Below, piece after piece: positions 25,933-35,960 of a stretch of DNA of 64,000 nucleotides. Each line of letters begins with the position of its first letter. Positions within the stretch are counted from its first letter, which is position 1. Where the stretch lies: the NCBI GenBank assembly GCA_965223545.1, contig OZ245006.1, positions 5,760,001-5,824,000 of the forward strand. Reading direction: 5' to 3'. The notes under the pieces are model-generated. The model saw only the letters and a program-made list of their open reading frames with translations. It did not search any database and had not been told where the DNA came from. This stretch comes from Planctomycetota bacterium. GTDB taxonomy: Bacteria; Planctomycetota; UBA1135; UBA2386. The position numbers and the translations under genes are program-made.

Positions 25933-27945
25933 TCAACGGGGCGTGAGCGAGTGCGCTTCGATCCGCGTGCGGAGTGTGGCGAGGTGTTGTTGGTAGCGGG
26001 GGTGGGTGCTCAGGTCGGTGTGTTGGTCGGGGTCGGTGTGGAGGTCGAAGAGCTCCTCCGCGCCCCAGGAGCCGCGGATGTAGTACAGGCCGTCGGCGAT
26101 CAGCGCGGCCATGTCGCCGCGGGATACCGGCTGCCAAGGTGGGGTGCGGATGCTCCTCTTGACCGACGCCAGCAGTGCTGATTGGGACAGCCCAGTCAGG
26201 GTGTTGGTTCCTTGGCGTAGGGCGGTGGCCAGGCTGTGGCCTGGAAACGGAGTGCGCGGCCGCACGTCGGTCAGATCGAGCACCGTGGCGGCGACGTCGC
26301 GGATCGAAACTGGCGTGGTGATGCGCGCGCCGCGCGCGACGGTGGGGCCGGCGACGATCCAGGGCACGTGCAGTAGCGGTTGGTAGAGGCTGTTGGCGTG
26401 GCCGAGCAAGCCGTGCTCGCCGAAGTGTTCGCCGTGGTCGCCGGTGACGACGACCAGCGTGCGGTCGAGAACCCCCGTCTGCTTCAGCTGCGAGAGCGTG
26501 CGGTCGAGCCGCGCGTCGATGTAGGCCAAGAGCGCGTCGTACGAGTTGCGAAAGCCCTGCAGCTCGGCCGCGGAGCGGTGCCGCGCATCGCGATCCCAGT
26601 TCCACGGATTGGCCGCCGGTGGGCCGAACCGCGCGGCGTAGTCGGCCGGCGGCAGGTAGACCGTGTGGGCGTCGAACAGGTTCAAGAAGGCGAAGAACGG
26701 CCGCTCGCCGCGCCGCGCGACCCAGTCCTCGAACGCCGTGCACACCGCGTCGGCGCCGACCCTCAGCATCTGCGACGCGATCGGTCCGCGCCGTAGGTGG
26801 GCGGCAAAGCGGCCGACGGCGGTGCTCATCAGCAGTAGCGCCGGCGTGGTCTGGTAGTCGACGTACTCGGCGAAGCCGCGACCGAGGCCGGTCCCCCGGC
26901 CGGCGTAGCGAACGTTGCCGACGAAGCCGGCTGTGGCGTAGCCCGCCGCCGCGAACGCCTCGGCCAGCGTCGGGTCGGTGTCGTCGAGCGCGGTGCGGTA
27001 GCCCGCCGACAGCTCGTGCACGTAGCGGCCGGTGAACAGCGAGCTGTGGGCGGGCAGCGTCCACGGCGAGGTCGACATGGCCCGTTCGAAGGTCACACCG
27101 CGCGCGGCAAGGCGTTCGAGCCGTGGCGTGGTCTCCCGCTCGTAGCCGTACACCGACAGGTGGTCGGCGCGGACCGTGTCGAGCACGACGAGCAGCACGT
27201 TGACGGCTCCGGCGTCGGCAGGCGGCAGCGCCTCGATCCGCGCCGCGCTGGCCGCGCGGCGCGCCCACCGCTGGCCGACCGCCGCGAGCGGCAGCAACAC
27301 CAGACCGCAGGCCAGGGCAACCGCGATCCATCGCATGGTGCTCGGGCCCCAGCGCGCGATGGCGCACCGGGTCGCCACCGAGGCGGCGCCGGCCGCCAGC
27401 AGCAGCGCCGCGATACCGTGTAGGCCGGGGTGCAGCAAAGTCTGGCTCCAGACGCCGACGGTTCCGGCCGCCAGCAGCGGAACCGCCACCGGTGCCCGGC
27501 CGCCGAGCCGGTGGGCCAACGCAGCGGACAGGAGGCCGACGGCCATCAGCAGGGCGCAGTACGTCAGCGGCGCGAACCAGACCTGGTCGTCGCCTTGATG
27601 TAGGAGATGGCCGCGGACGACGACGGTCCAGACGCGGTCGTGTGCCACTTCGAGGGCTCCGGTCGCCCAACCGACCGCGCCTCCGAGCAGCGCCCCCTGT
27701 GTTCTCGTACACGACGGTCCGCGTCGCCAAACCTCACCGAGGCGGCGCCGGCGCGCCGGTGAGAGCCGCGCACCGGCGCCGGCGAGAGCCGCGCCCGCGG
27801 CTACCAGACCGAGCTGTGCTCCCCATGCGATCAAGCCTCGTCCAAGGCCCAGCGATGGGCCCAGCACGCCTGCGCTGGCGATCGAGAATCCCAGCGCGAT
27901 GATCGGTGTCGACCAGCGGCTGGCGTCACGCGAGCGGAGCGGCAC
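25933..27945 (-). CDS. Membrane-anchored sulfatase-like hydrolase/transferase (Thr-type)
   Basis: NVLLVVLDTVRADH, SPWTLPAHSSLFTG, DAH, GDHGEHFGEHGLLGH; start approximate. Confidence 0.88.
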   Translation of the reverse strand: MPLRSRDASRWSTPIIALGFSIASAGVLGPSLGLGRGLIAWGAQLGLVAAGAALAGAGARLSPARRRRLGEVWRRGPSCTRTQGALLGGAVGWATGALEVAHDRVWTVVVRGHLLHQGDDQVWFAPLTYCALLMAVGLLSAALAHRLGGRAPVAVPLLAAGTVGVWSQTLLHPGLHGIAALLLAAGAASVATRCAIARWGPSTMRWIAVALACGLVLLPLAAVGQRWARRAASAARIEALPPADAGAVNVLLVVLDTVRADHLSVYGYERETTPRLERLAARGVTFERAMSTSPWTLPAHSSLFTGRYVHELSAGYRTALDDTDPTLAEAFAAAGYATAGFVGNVRYAGRGTGLGRGFAEYVDYQTTPALLLMSTAVGRFAAHLRRGPIASQMLRVGADAVCTAFEDWVARRGERPFFAFLNLFDAHTVYLPPADYAARFGPPAANPWNWDRDARHRSAAELQGFRNSYDALLAYIDARLDRTLSQLKQTGVLDRTLVVVTGDHGEHFGEHGLLGHANSLYQPLLHVPWIVAGPTVARGARITTPVSIRDVAATVLDLTDVRPRTPFPGHSLATALRQGTNTLTGLSQSALLASVKRSIRTPPWQPVSRGDMAALIADGLYYIRGSWGAEELFDLHTDPDQHTDLSTHPRYQQHLATLRTRIEAHSLTPR

Positions 27946-28054
27946 AAGAGAGATCAGAGGTGACCGCCGGTGTTGTGGCAAGCCAGGCCGAGCGCCGCCG
28001 CGGTATGATGGCTTGCCCTGAGCGGAGCGGTGAGTGCCCGCACGGAGGGAACCG

Positions 28055-28828
28055 ATGCTGCGCCGTTGCAAGCGATTGATCTTGGCCCCGCGGAGCGTGA
28101 TCGCGGAACGCAGGATCGCGACCCGCGTGGCCCGCGCGGTGCACGCCGCGCCGCTGGACCCTCGGGTGCAGCTGCCGGCCTACAAGAACATGGACGCCTG
28201 GGTCGACCTCGATCGGCTGCGCGCCCTCGACGGTCCGCTCACCGAGAAGCTTGCGTCGGAATCGGACGGCACGGTCGCGTTCCGGGCGAGTTTCATGCGG
28301 CGGTGGTGGCACCGGCGGACGCCGGGAGCTCGGGCGTTGTATCTGACGCAGAGCACGTCGAAGGACGTCTACGCCGGGGTGGACGACCATTCGCTGTGGA
28401 GTCCGTCGCCCATGGCCGACCGATACCCCGAGGTGATGGACTTCGTCAACACCTTGCCGTTCCGCAGCGTTGGGCGCGTGGTGTTGATGTTCGATCCGCG
28501 CGGGCGGGCCGTGCCACCACACCGCGACTTCGAGTGCGTCGACCGCCGCCACGAGTTCATCTGGTGTCGCACCAATCTGCGCAAGCCGTTCTACATGCTC
28601 GATGAGCGCACCGGGCGGCGGCGCACGGTGCGCTCGTACACGGCGTGGTTCGACCTGGTCAACCAGCTGCACGGCGTCGACGCGTGCGGCGAGTTCGTCT
28701 TCAGCTTGCGGGTCGATGGCGTTTTCGACGACGCTTTGCGCGCGCAGATTCCAGCACCATCGATCAACGCGGCGTCGACGCCCTCGCTGTGGGCCAGCCT
28801 CGAAGCCTCTTGCCCGGAAACAACGTGA
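28055..28828 (+). CDS. Putative cupin/2OG-Fe(II) oxygenase-like protein
   Basis: GGAGG RBS; PPHRD...QLHG...FSLRVDG pattern (HxD...H...R). Confidence 0.55.
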   Translation: MLRRCKRLILAPRSVIAERRIATRVARAVHAAPLDPRVQLPAYKNMDAWVDLDRLRALDGPLTEKLASESDGTVAFRASFMRRWWHRRTPGARALYLTQSTSKDVYAGVDDHSLWSPSPMADRYPEVMDFVNTLPFRSVGRVVLMFDPRGRAVPPHRDFECVDRRHEFIWCRTNLRKPFYMLDERTGRRRTVRSYTAWFDLVNQLHGVDACGEFVFSLRVDGVFDDALRAQIPAPSINAASTPSLWASLEASCPETT

Positions 28829-28831
28829 CGT

Positions 28832-29689
28832 CTATCGGTGCCGCAGGCGCCGCAGCTTGTTGCCGAAACGGCGCGCGCGGGCGCGCAGCATCAGCGGCGA
28901 AAGCCAGGCGTGGGCGTGCACGGCGAGGGCCGGGCGCGGGTAGCGCCAATGGCGTGCTTTCGCTTTCCAGAAGAAGGAGATCGCGCACGACAGGCCCGGG
29001 CTCTCGACCGAGTGCCACCAGTGCACCGGCAGGTAGATCATGTCGCCCGCGTGCATCTCGATTTCGATCGGCGTCGCTTCGGCGAAGCGCGGAAACCGGA
29101 CCAAGTCGGGCCGGCGCGGGTCGACTTGGCTGAAGTTGAGCACCGGTGTGTGCCACGCGAACGGATACATCAGGTGCGATTGAGACGGCGCGAACAACGT
29201 GATGCGCTTGGTGCCGAAGATCTGGCACAAGACCCCTTCCTCGTCACCGTGGTAGTGCGTCGGCGAGAACACGTCGCGGCCGAAGAACAGCGCCGCTTCG
29301 CGGCTGTCGGTGAGCGCCGTGCAGTCGCAGTCGTCCAACAACACCGGTAGGCTGCGGGCCACGGGAGACGGCGCGATGTAGTAGCGATTGTCCGGCGGCT
29401 CGGCGGTCAGCTTGCCGATGTACTCGGCGAACGACATCGTTTCGTCCTGGCCGCCGCGGGGCGTGTAGAAGCGGATGTGTTCGGCTGACGGCTCGAAGCG
29501 GGTGAGGACCGGGGTATCGCCGGCGACGCTGCAAAAGTAGTCGGGTCCCCAACGCTGCACCGCGGGCCAATCGCCGGCGCCCCCCGGAAAGACCGCAGGC
29601 CGGTTGTGGGCGACGTAGTCACGCTCGAACGCGATCCGATCGGGCAGCGCGACGCGGTCGATGTGTTGAGTGGCGGACCGGGCTGGCAC
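28832..29689 (-). CDS. JmjC/Cupin_8 domain oxygenase
   Basis: NRPAVF..WPAVQRW, CQIFGTKRITLF, NFSQVD, GDMIYLPVHWWHSV; start approximate. Confidence 0.9.
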   Translation of the reverse strand: MPARSATQHIDRVALPDRIAFERDYVAHNRPAVFPGGAGDWPAVQRWGPDYFCSVAGDTPVLTRFEPSAEHIRFYTPRGGQDETMSFAEYIGKLTAEPPDNRYYIAPSPVARSLPVLLDDCDCTALTDSREAALFFGRDVFSPTHYHGDEEGVLCQIFGTKRITLFAPSQSHLMYPFAWHTPVLNFSQVDPRRPDLVRFPRFAEATPIEIEMHAGDMIYLPVHWWHSVESPGLSCAISFFWKAKARHWRYPRPALAVHAHAWLSPLMLRARARRFGNKLRRLRHR

Positions 29690-29739
29690 GATTCGTCGAT
29701 GATAGCCATCGCGCCCCGCAGGGGTGGCCTCCCGCTGCC

Positions 29740-31101
29740 CTACTGGAACTTCACGGCGATCGTGTTGGACAGGCATCCCGCGCTCTGGGTGCCGACGTGG
29801 GCCTGCAAGTGGATCGTGGCCGGCGCCGGGTGCTGCAGCGAGAACGAGTCGCGTCCGTCCGCTCCCAGCACGCCTATCTTCGCGGTACCCGCGAAGTTGA
29901 TGAATTGCCAGCCACCCAACGGCGATGGGATCGTAGGAATCGGCAGCAGCGCGGTGTCGTAGCAGACGGTGTACGGCGCATTGGCCGGCCCATGCACGTT
30001 CACCGAGACCGAAGGCTGCTGGGTCGTGCCCCAGCCGTCGGCCGACAGCGATGCCGGGATGTCGCATCCCGCGGCGGCGAGCACACCGCGCGTGATGGCG
30101 CCACATCCCGGCGCGGTCTCGAACAGCTGATGCGTGCCGTTGGGGACGAAACCGACGGCCTTCTCGCTTTGCACAGCGTTGTAGTAGAGAAGAGCTTGCG
30201 GCACCGCGAACAGGGTGTCGAGTTCGCCGAGCAGCATGAGGACGCGGGTGTCGGGGTAGTCCGTGGTCGCTTGTTGGTCATGGAAGAGAACGCTGGCATC
30301 GCGCAGCAAGCACGTCTCCGGGCTCGTGGTCTGCCAGCACGAGTCACACACGAACGAGAACTCGGGGAGGATGCAGCAATCCGGGCCCGGCGGCGGCCAC
30401 ACCGAGTCCGGTACCACCGCGCTGCAAGACGTCGGCCACCCGCAGTGTGCGGTGCCGCAGCAGGAGTAGTCGATCCGTGAGAACGGCGGGCCGGATCCCA
30501 GCACGGCGGCGTCGAGGGTCTCCGGGCAGATCTGGCTGCCGGCCCCCGCCCCCCAGGTCGTCAGCGCGTAGGCGATCTCACCCGAACCACCCGAGTTGCC
30601 CAGCGCGACCAGTGGACGCTGCGGGTAGGTCTGCGCGATCCAGCGCAGCATGCCGATGAAGCGCGCGGATTGCAGGCGGGGATTCGAGCCGGCGCTGAAC
30701 CAGCCCGGCTCCCGCCAGCGGCGCTCGATCGTGCGGAACCCGCGGTCGCGCAGGTCTTGCAGCACCGCGCCGGCGCAGCCCATGCCGTCGCCGTAGTAGG
30801 TCTTGCCCTCGCTCCCCGAGCAAGCCAACACGGTGCCTGCGACGGTTCCGGGCGGGCTCTGGATGCGGAGCTCGACCACGAGATCGGGCAGCCCGCTCAC
30901 CGAGACGGAGAGGGTGGCGTAGCCGATTCCGCCGGGGATCTGGTGCGTCGGGATGTAGCGCACACCGATGTCGGGGATCGGCACGCACTCGGTGCCGGGG
31001 GGTGGGTCGCACGGAGGTGTCTGGGCTTGCACGCCGAAGCCGATCGCGAGCAACGCGAGCGGCAAGATGCTGGGGACAGGAAAGGTCGGCGAAGTGCGCA
31101 T
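29740..31101 (-). CDS. Secreted Cys-rich alpha/beta hydrolase with C-terminal beta domain
   Basis: Signal peptide; GNSGG nucleophile elbow, GELD, GTH. Confidence 0.75.
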   Translation of the reverse strand: MRTSPTFPVPSILPLALLAIGFGVQAQTPPCDPPPGTECVPIPDIGVRYIPTHQIPGGIGYATLSVSVSGLPDLVVELRIQSPPGTVAGTVLACSGSEGKTYYGDGMGCAGAVLQDLRDRGFRTIERRWREPGWFSAGSNPRLQSARFIGMLRWIAQTYPQRPLVALGNSGGSGEIAYALTTWGAGAGSQICPETLDAAVLGSGPPFSRIDYSCCGTAHCGWPTSCSAVVPDSVWPPPGPDCCILPEFSFVCDSCWQTTSPETCLLRDASVLFHDQQATTDYPDTRVLMLLGELDTLFAVPQALLYYNAVQSEKAVGFVPNGTHQLFETAPGCGAITRGVLAAAGCDIPASLSADGWGTTQQPSVSVNVHGPANAPYTVCYDTALLPIPTIPSPLGGWQFINFAGTAKIGVLGADGRDSFSLQHPAPATIHLQAHVGTQSAGCLSNTIAVKFQ

Positions 31102-31280
31102 GGTGCGTCGAGTGCCGAACTGCGGCACTCGTCACGCACTTTCTTCGGTCTTGCCAAAGGCGTCGTGTCGCGGCGTGACGATCGGCGGACTTCGCCACCG
31201 AGCGGGGTGTGTCGCCTGCCGGACCCACGCCGTGTCGGCTCCGGAGGGCGGCGATTCCCCTCGATGCTCCGGAGCAAACG

Positions 31281-33731
31281 ATGCGTGATTCGAAGTGCGG
31301 CCTGTTGCCGCTGTGCCTTTGCGGGTTCGCCCTCCCGTTCCCCGTCGCCGCGCAGGCCACCGTCGACGTCTACCACGACTCTCACGGGATCCCCCACGTC
31401 GAAGTGACCAACGCGTCGTCGCCGGCGGAGGCCGAGCAGGCCGCCCTCTGGGGGGTGGGTTGGGCGACGGCGCGGGATCGCTGGTTTCAGATGAACGTCA
31501 CCCGGCTGATGATGGACGGAGAGTTGGCCAAGTACTTCATGGCCGGGCCGAACAACGCGTTCGTCGACAGCGATGTCGCCGCGCGGCAGCTCGGGTGGCG
31601 CGCGCGCGCGGACGAAGTCGCCGGGCGCCTGCCACCGGATCTCCGGGATCTGTTGCAGGCCTACGCCGGCGGAGTCAACGCATACGTGACCGCGCCGACC
31701 AAGCCGCTGCACCATGGGTTCGCCGACTTCGGCGTGCCGACCAGCGTGCCGTGGACGGTGTCGGACTGTCTCGTCACGTGGTATCGACTGGCCAAGGAGT
31801 TTGCCAATGACGGCTTGGAAGAACTGGTGGCGTTGCAGGACGTGCTCGACGCGGGAGGTTCTCCCACCAATCCGCAGGAGGTGAAGGATGCGCTGTTCGC
31901 GGATCTGCTGCGCGACGACGAAACCGCCGTGCTCAAGCAGTCGGACTTCCCACCGGCCGTGCAGCAGGCGATGGCCGACTACGCCGACCAACACGGCGTC
32001 AACCAGATCCTGCCGCCGTTCGATCACGCCTACCAGCCATCGTTCAGTCAGGTCGTCGCGGTCGGGTCGAACCGCATGATCGAGGGGAGTGCCGGCTTCT
32101 GGTCGGGTCCGCGATTGCCGGTGTACGCGCCCAACATGTTCTACGAGTGGCGCATGCAGTGCTCGGAGTTCCACGTGCGCGGCATTGGCGTCCCCGGCTG
32201 CCCCAACGTGCTGGTGGGCTACGCGATGCAGCCCTCGTTCTCGGTGGCCTGGGGCCTGACCGCGCTGGCGGCCGATCAGGCGGACTTGTTCAGCCTCACT
32301 CTGAACGGCAATGGCTACACGCTCGATGACGACTTCACTCCGTTCGATCCCGACGACACGACGACCGTCTACATCAAGAACCCGGACGGGTCGCTCAGCA
32401 CGACCACGGCAACCTACAAGAACACGGTTTGGGGACCGGTCGTTGCCAGTGGCCCGCAGGGGACCTTCGCCGTCGCCCGGGTCCCGCTGCACGACGATCC
32501 CGGGGCTTCGCCCGCCGCGATCGACACGTTTGCCGCCTTGATGCGCATGTACCGGGCGACGAGCGAAGCCGAGTACACCGCGGCGCTCGAAGACTGGAGC
32601 TACCCATCGGCCAACATGGTCTTCGCCCTGGGCTCGGGCCGGGTCGGCCACGCCATGCTCGGTGCCATCCCCGTGCGTGACGGCGACAACCCCCTCGCCG
32701 GAATCCTGCCGCAGGACGGGTCGGTCAGTAGCAATGGGTGGCAGGAGTTCCTGCCGCACGCGGTGCGCCCGCTGGCGGTGCGCGACGAGAACGGCGTGTT
32801 CTTCTCGGGCAACCACCTTCCCATCGGCAGCTGGTATCCGATGAGTGCCTATGTGCCGGGCGCCGGCGACACCGAGCGTTCGTATCGGCTGCGGCGGTTG
32901 GAGGAGTCCCTCGCGGGCGGGTTCTTCACCGAGCGAACCCTAGACACCCAGCCGCGGGTCGCGGCGCGCGAGGTCGTGCTCGGCATCGTCGAGATCGCGA
33001 ACGCGATGCCGGCCACGGCACGGCGCGGTGAGGCGATCGACGATCCTCAGGCGGTCGAGGCCCTCGGCAGACTGAACACGTGGATCGCCACCAACGGCGG
33101 TGCCATGCAGGGAGGGCAGGGCGAGGATTACAGTGGCGTCCTCGTCGCCGATCGCTTCCCGCGGCGCTTGGCGGTGAGCGCGTTGTTCCCCAGCTATCAA
33201 GTGTACGGCCGGGGCGAGGATGCACTGAAGACGATGGTGCGGGAGCTGCGGCGCAAGATCGCGGAGGGCGTGGCGTTCGACAACCGCGAGATCGCGACCG
33301 TCGAGAACATGCTGATCCAGGCGTTGCAGGAGGCGATGGCGATTGGGGGGGACCCGCCGCTGTGGGGCCAGAAGTACGACGAGGGCCGGGCCGCGAAAGT
33401 CACGCGCTTCGACAGCTTGTCGCAAGGCGGCTCGGTGCTCGGTGCAGGGCAGGTCGTCGAGGCGACGGCGCTCGGCATCCAAGGGCTTCTGCACGCCGTG
33501 GACAAGGACAGCCTCGCCGACATCGACAACGCCGCATACAACACGGTCGTCGTGCTCGACGGGACCGGCCAGCGGAGCCGCGCCTGCATGGGGCTCGGCC
33601 AGTCCGAGCTGCCCGGCGATCCCCACGAGTTCGATCAGGCCCCACTGTGGGCCGGCGGGCTGCTGCGGGACGCCAGCCTGCAAACCCCGGGAGTGGCACC
33701 GACGTTCACGGCGACCTACCCGACACCGTGA
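31281..33731 (+). CDS. Penicillin acylase-family (Ntn hydrolase) protein, divergent
   Basis: DSHGIPHV, GVGWATARDRWFQM, YAGGVNAY, TVWGPVV, NMVFA, F(F)SGNH. Confidence 0.88.
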   Translation: MRDSKCGLLPLCLCGFALPFPVAAQATVDVYHDSHGIPHVEVTNASSPAEAEQAALWGVGWATARDRWFQMNVTRLMMDGELAKYFMAGPNNAFVDSDVAARQLGWRARADEVAGRLPPDLRDLLQAYAGGVNAYVTAPTKPLHHGFADFGVPTSVPWTVSDCLVTWYRLAKEFANDGLEELVALQDVLDAGGSPTNPQEVKDALFADLLRDDETAVLKQSDFPPAVQQAMADYADQHGVNQILPPFDHAYQPSFSQVVAVGSNRMIEGSAGFWSGPRLPVYAPNMFYEWRMQCSEFHVRGIGVPGCPNVLVGYAMQPSFSVAWGLTALAADQADLFSLTLNGNGYTLDDDFTPFDPDDTTTVYIKNPDGSLSTTTATYKNTVWGPVVASGPQGTFAVARVPLHDDPGASPAAIDTFAALMRMYRATSEAEYTAALEDWSYPSANMVFALGSGRVGHAMLGAIPVRDGDNPLAGILPQDGSVSSNGWQEFLPHAVRPLAVRDENGVFFSGNHLPIGSWYPMSAYVPGAGDTERSYRLRRLEESLAGGFFTERTLDTQPRVAAREVVLGIVEIANAMPATARRGEAIDDPQAVEALGRLNTWIATNGGAMQGGQGEDYSGVLVADRFPRRLAVSALFPSYQVYGRGEDALKTMVRELRRKIAEGVAFDNREIATVENMLIQALQEAMAIGGDPPLWGQKYDEGRAAKVTRFDSLSQGGSVLGAGQVVEATALGIQGLLHAVDKDSLADIDNAAYNTVVVLDGTGQRSRACMGLGQSELPGDPHEFDQAPLWAGGLLRDASLQTPGVAPTFTATYPTP

Positions 33732-33757
33732 GCCGGCGCCCCGCGCGGGTCCCTTGT

Positions 33758-33791
33758 AGCGAGAAAATCGAGTCTGACTCGGTACGTCTCG
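33758..33791. repeat. Family C palindrome between convergent genes
   Basis: AGCGAGAAAATCGAGTCTGACTCGGTACGTCTCG, similar to 23298-23331. Confidence 0.75.
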
Positions 33792-33792
33792 T

Positions 33793-35769
33793 CTACTTGG
33801 CGAGGATTTCGGTGGCGCGGCGGCGGAGGCGATCGAGGGCTGCCGCGTGGGCGGGGTCGTCGGCCAGGTCGTGTTCCTCGAGGGGATCGGCGTCGAGGTC
33901 GTAGAGCTCCTCGATGCCGTCACCGTTGTGGATGTAGTGCAGCGGGCCCTCGAAGAGCGCGTGCAGTGGCCCGCGTGAGTGTGGTTCGAAGGATGCGACG
34001 TTGATCCCGGCGGTGAGCTCGCACAGGACCGGCGATGGTTCGACGGCGTCCCCGCGCAGGGCGGCGATCAGCGACGCGCCGGGCCAACGGTCACCGGTGT
34101 TGTCGAGGCAGTCGAACAGGGTCGCCGCCATGTCGCGCTGCGTGACCTCGCGCTCGTATCGGGTGGCGGGCAGCACGCCGGGCAGCGTGAACGAAAACGG
34201 CACGTGGAGGTTGGGGCGGTAGAGGCTGTTGCCGTGCCCCATCAGGTCGTTCTCCTTGAAGTGCTCGCCGTGGTCACCGGCAATGATCACCAGCGTGTTG
34301 TCGAGCAGGCCCCGTTGGGCGAGCGCGTCGAATACTCGACCGGCTTGGGAGTCGAGGTAGGCGAGGCAGGCGTCATACGCGTCGATGAATCCCTGGATCT
34401 CCTCCTCCGACCAGTTCGAGGCGCGGTGGTTCCAGTGCGGGACCCATTCTGCCATCGGCGCGAAGTGGCCTTCGTACTCCGGCGGCGGGGCATACGGCTC
34501 GTGCGCGTCGAAGTAGTTGAGGAAGGCGAAGAAGGGCTGGTCCTCGACGTCGTCGAGCCAGCTCAAGAACAGGTCGGTGACGACCGTGGCGTCGTTGCGG
34601 GTGACCGCCTGGTATTGAGCCAAGCCCGTCATCCGGGCGATGGCGTCCCCCAGCGAGGTGCAGAATAGGGTGATGCCCGGCGTGATCTGGAAGTCCTCGT
34701 AGCGGTGAAAGCCACGCGCCAGCCCCTGCACGCCGAGGCAATAGCGGAGGTTGCCGACGAAACCGCCAGTGGCATACCCGCGCGCACCGAACTCCTCTGC
34801 GATCGTCGGCCAGGTGTCGTCCAGCGGCTTGCGCCAGTTGACCGACAGCTCGTGGTGGTAACGACCGGTGAACATGCTCGAGTGCGACGGGAGGGTCCAC
34901 GGCGACGTCGAGTAGGCACGCTCGAACAGCACCCCCCGCTCGGCCACGCCGTCGAGGTTCGGTGTCGTGGTGCGGTGGTAGCCGTAGCTCGACATGTGGT
35001 CCGCACGCACCGTGTCGAGCACGATCAACAGGACGTTCTTGGCTCCTGGTGCCGCCCGACCGCCCTCCGCGGGTGGCGTGGGGGCGCGGTTGGCCCACGC
35101 CATTTGGCCGACCGCGCCGAGCGCGAGGGCCACGATCAGCAATGGAGCGGCCCAGCGGCAGGCCACGACGACCGCGTTCGAGCGCGGCGCCAGCGAGCGA
35201 GCGATCGCGAATGCCGCGCACAGAGACAGAAACCAGACCGATCCCTGATCGAGGGAGCCGTACAGCCGGAGCTGGGTCCACACGACGACCAGTAGCGACG
35301 AAAACGCGACCGCGGGCAGTGACGCCCACCGGGGGCGGATCATTGCCACCGCGGCCCAGATCAGTCCCAGCACGAGATGCCAAACCAGGTAGCAGGCGGG
35401 TCCCAGCCACAGGACTTCCTCCGGCTGCCGCAGCACGACCCCCCGCGTCGCGGCGCGGATCGCATGGTGGGCCAGCTCGACTCCCCCGTTGAGCAACCCG
35501 ATGACCGCCGTGACGGCCAGGCACTCGTACGGCCCGCACTTTCGTGCCAGCGCGGTGGAAACCCGTTGGCGAAGGGCCGGTTCGGCGAAGAGGCCGAAGC
35601 CGATCATGGCGAAGCCCCCCGCCGCCAGCAGAAGCTGGGGCGTGCCGAGGCCGTGCCCGGCGCTGATCCCCAGCACATCGGCCAGGAACCCGACGAGGAC
35701 CGCGACTCCACCGGTCAGCAGGAGAAGCGTGGGTAGGGCGGCGCCGTGCGAGATTGGACTTGGCTTCAT
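33793..35769 (-). CDS. Membrane-anchored sulfatase-like hydrolase/transferase (Thr-type), paralog of 25933-27945
   Basis: NVLLIVLDTVRADH, SPWTLPSHSSMFTG, DAHEPY, GDHGEHF. Confidence 0.9.
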   Translation of the reverse strand: MKPSPISHGAALPTLLLLTGGVAVLVGFLADVLGISAGHGLGTPQLLLAAGGFAMIGFGLFAEPALRQRVSTALARKCGPYECLAVTAVIGLLNGGVELAHHAIRAATRGVVLRQPEEVLWLGPACYLVWHLVLGLIWAAVAMIRPRWASLPAVAFSSLLVVVWTQLRLYGSLDQGSVWFLSLCAAFAIARSLAPRSNAVVVACRWAAPLLIVALALGAVGQMAWANRAPTPPAEGGRAAPGAKNVLLIVLDTVRADHMSSYGYHRTTTPNLDGVAERGVLFERAYSTSPWTLPSHSSMFTGRYHHELSVNWRKPLDDTWPTIAEEFGARGYATGGFVGNLRYCLGVQGLARGFHRYEDFQITPGITLFCTSLGDAIARMTGLAQYQAVTRNDATVVTDLFLSWLDDVEDQPFFAFLNYFDAHEPYAPPPEYEGHFAPMAEWVPHWNHRASNWSEEEIQGFIDAYDACLAYLDSQAGRVFDALAQRGLLDNTLVIIAGDHGEHFKENDLMGHGNSLYRPNLHVPFSFTLPGVLPATRYEREVTQRDMAATLFDCLDNTGDRWPGASLIAALRGDAVEPSPVLCELTAGINVASFEPHSRGPLHALFEGPLHYIHNGDGIEELYDLDADPLEEHDLADDPAHAAALDRLRRRATEILAK

Positions 35770-35960
35770 GGAGGCGGAGAATCGCGGATCGAGACGGTCA
35801 CGAGAGCGGGCGGGCGCGCGGCCCATCGGGTCGTGTGACCCAGCTCGACGAGGAGGTTACCCCCTGGTGGGAAGAAGCTTGGTCGGTCACCGTCCAAAGT
35901 CCATCATGCGGCGCGTCCGCTCGGGCCGTGCCCTGCGCTGTCGGAGTCCGACTCCGCAAG

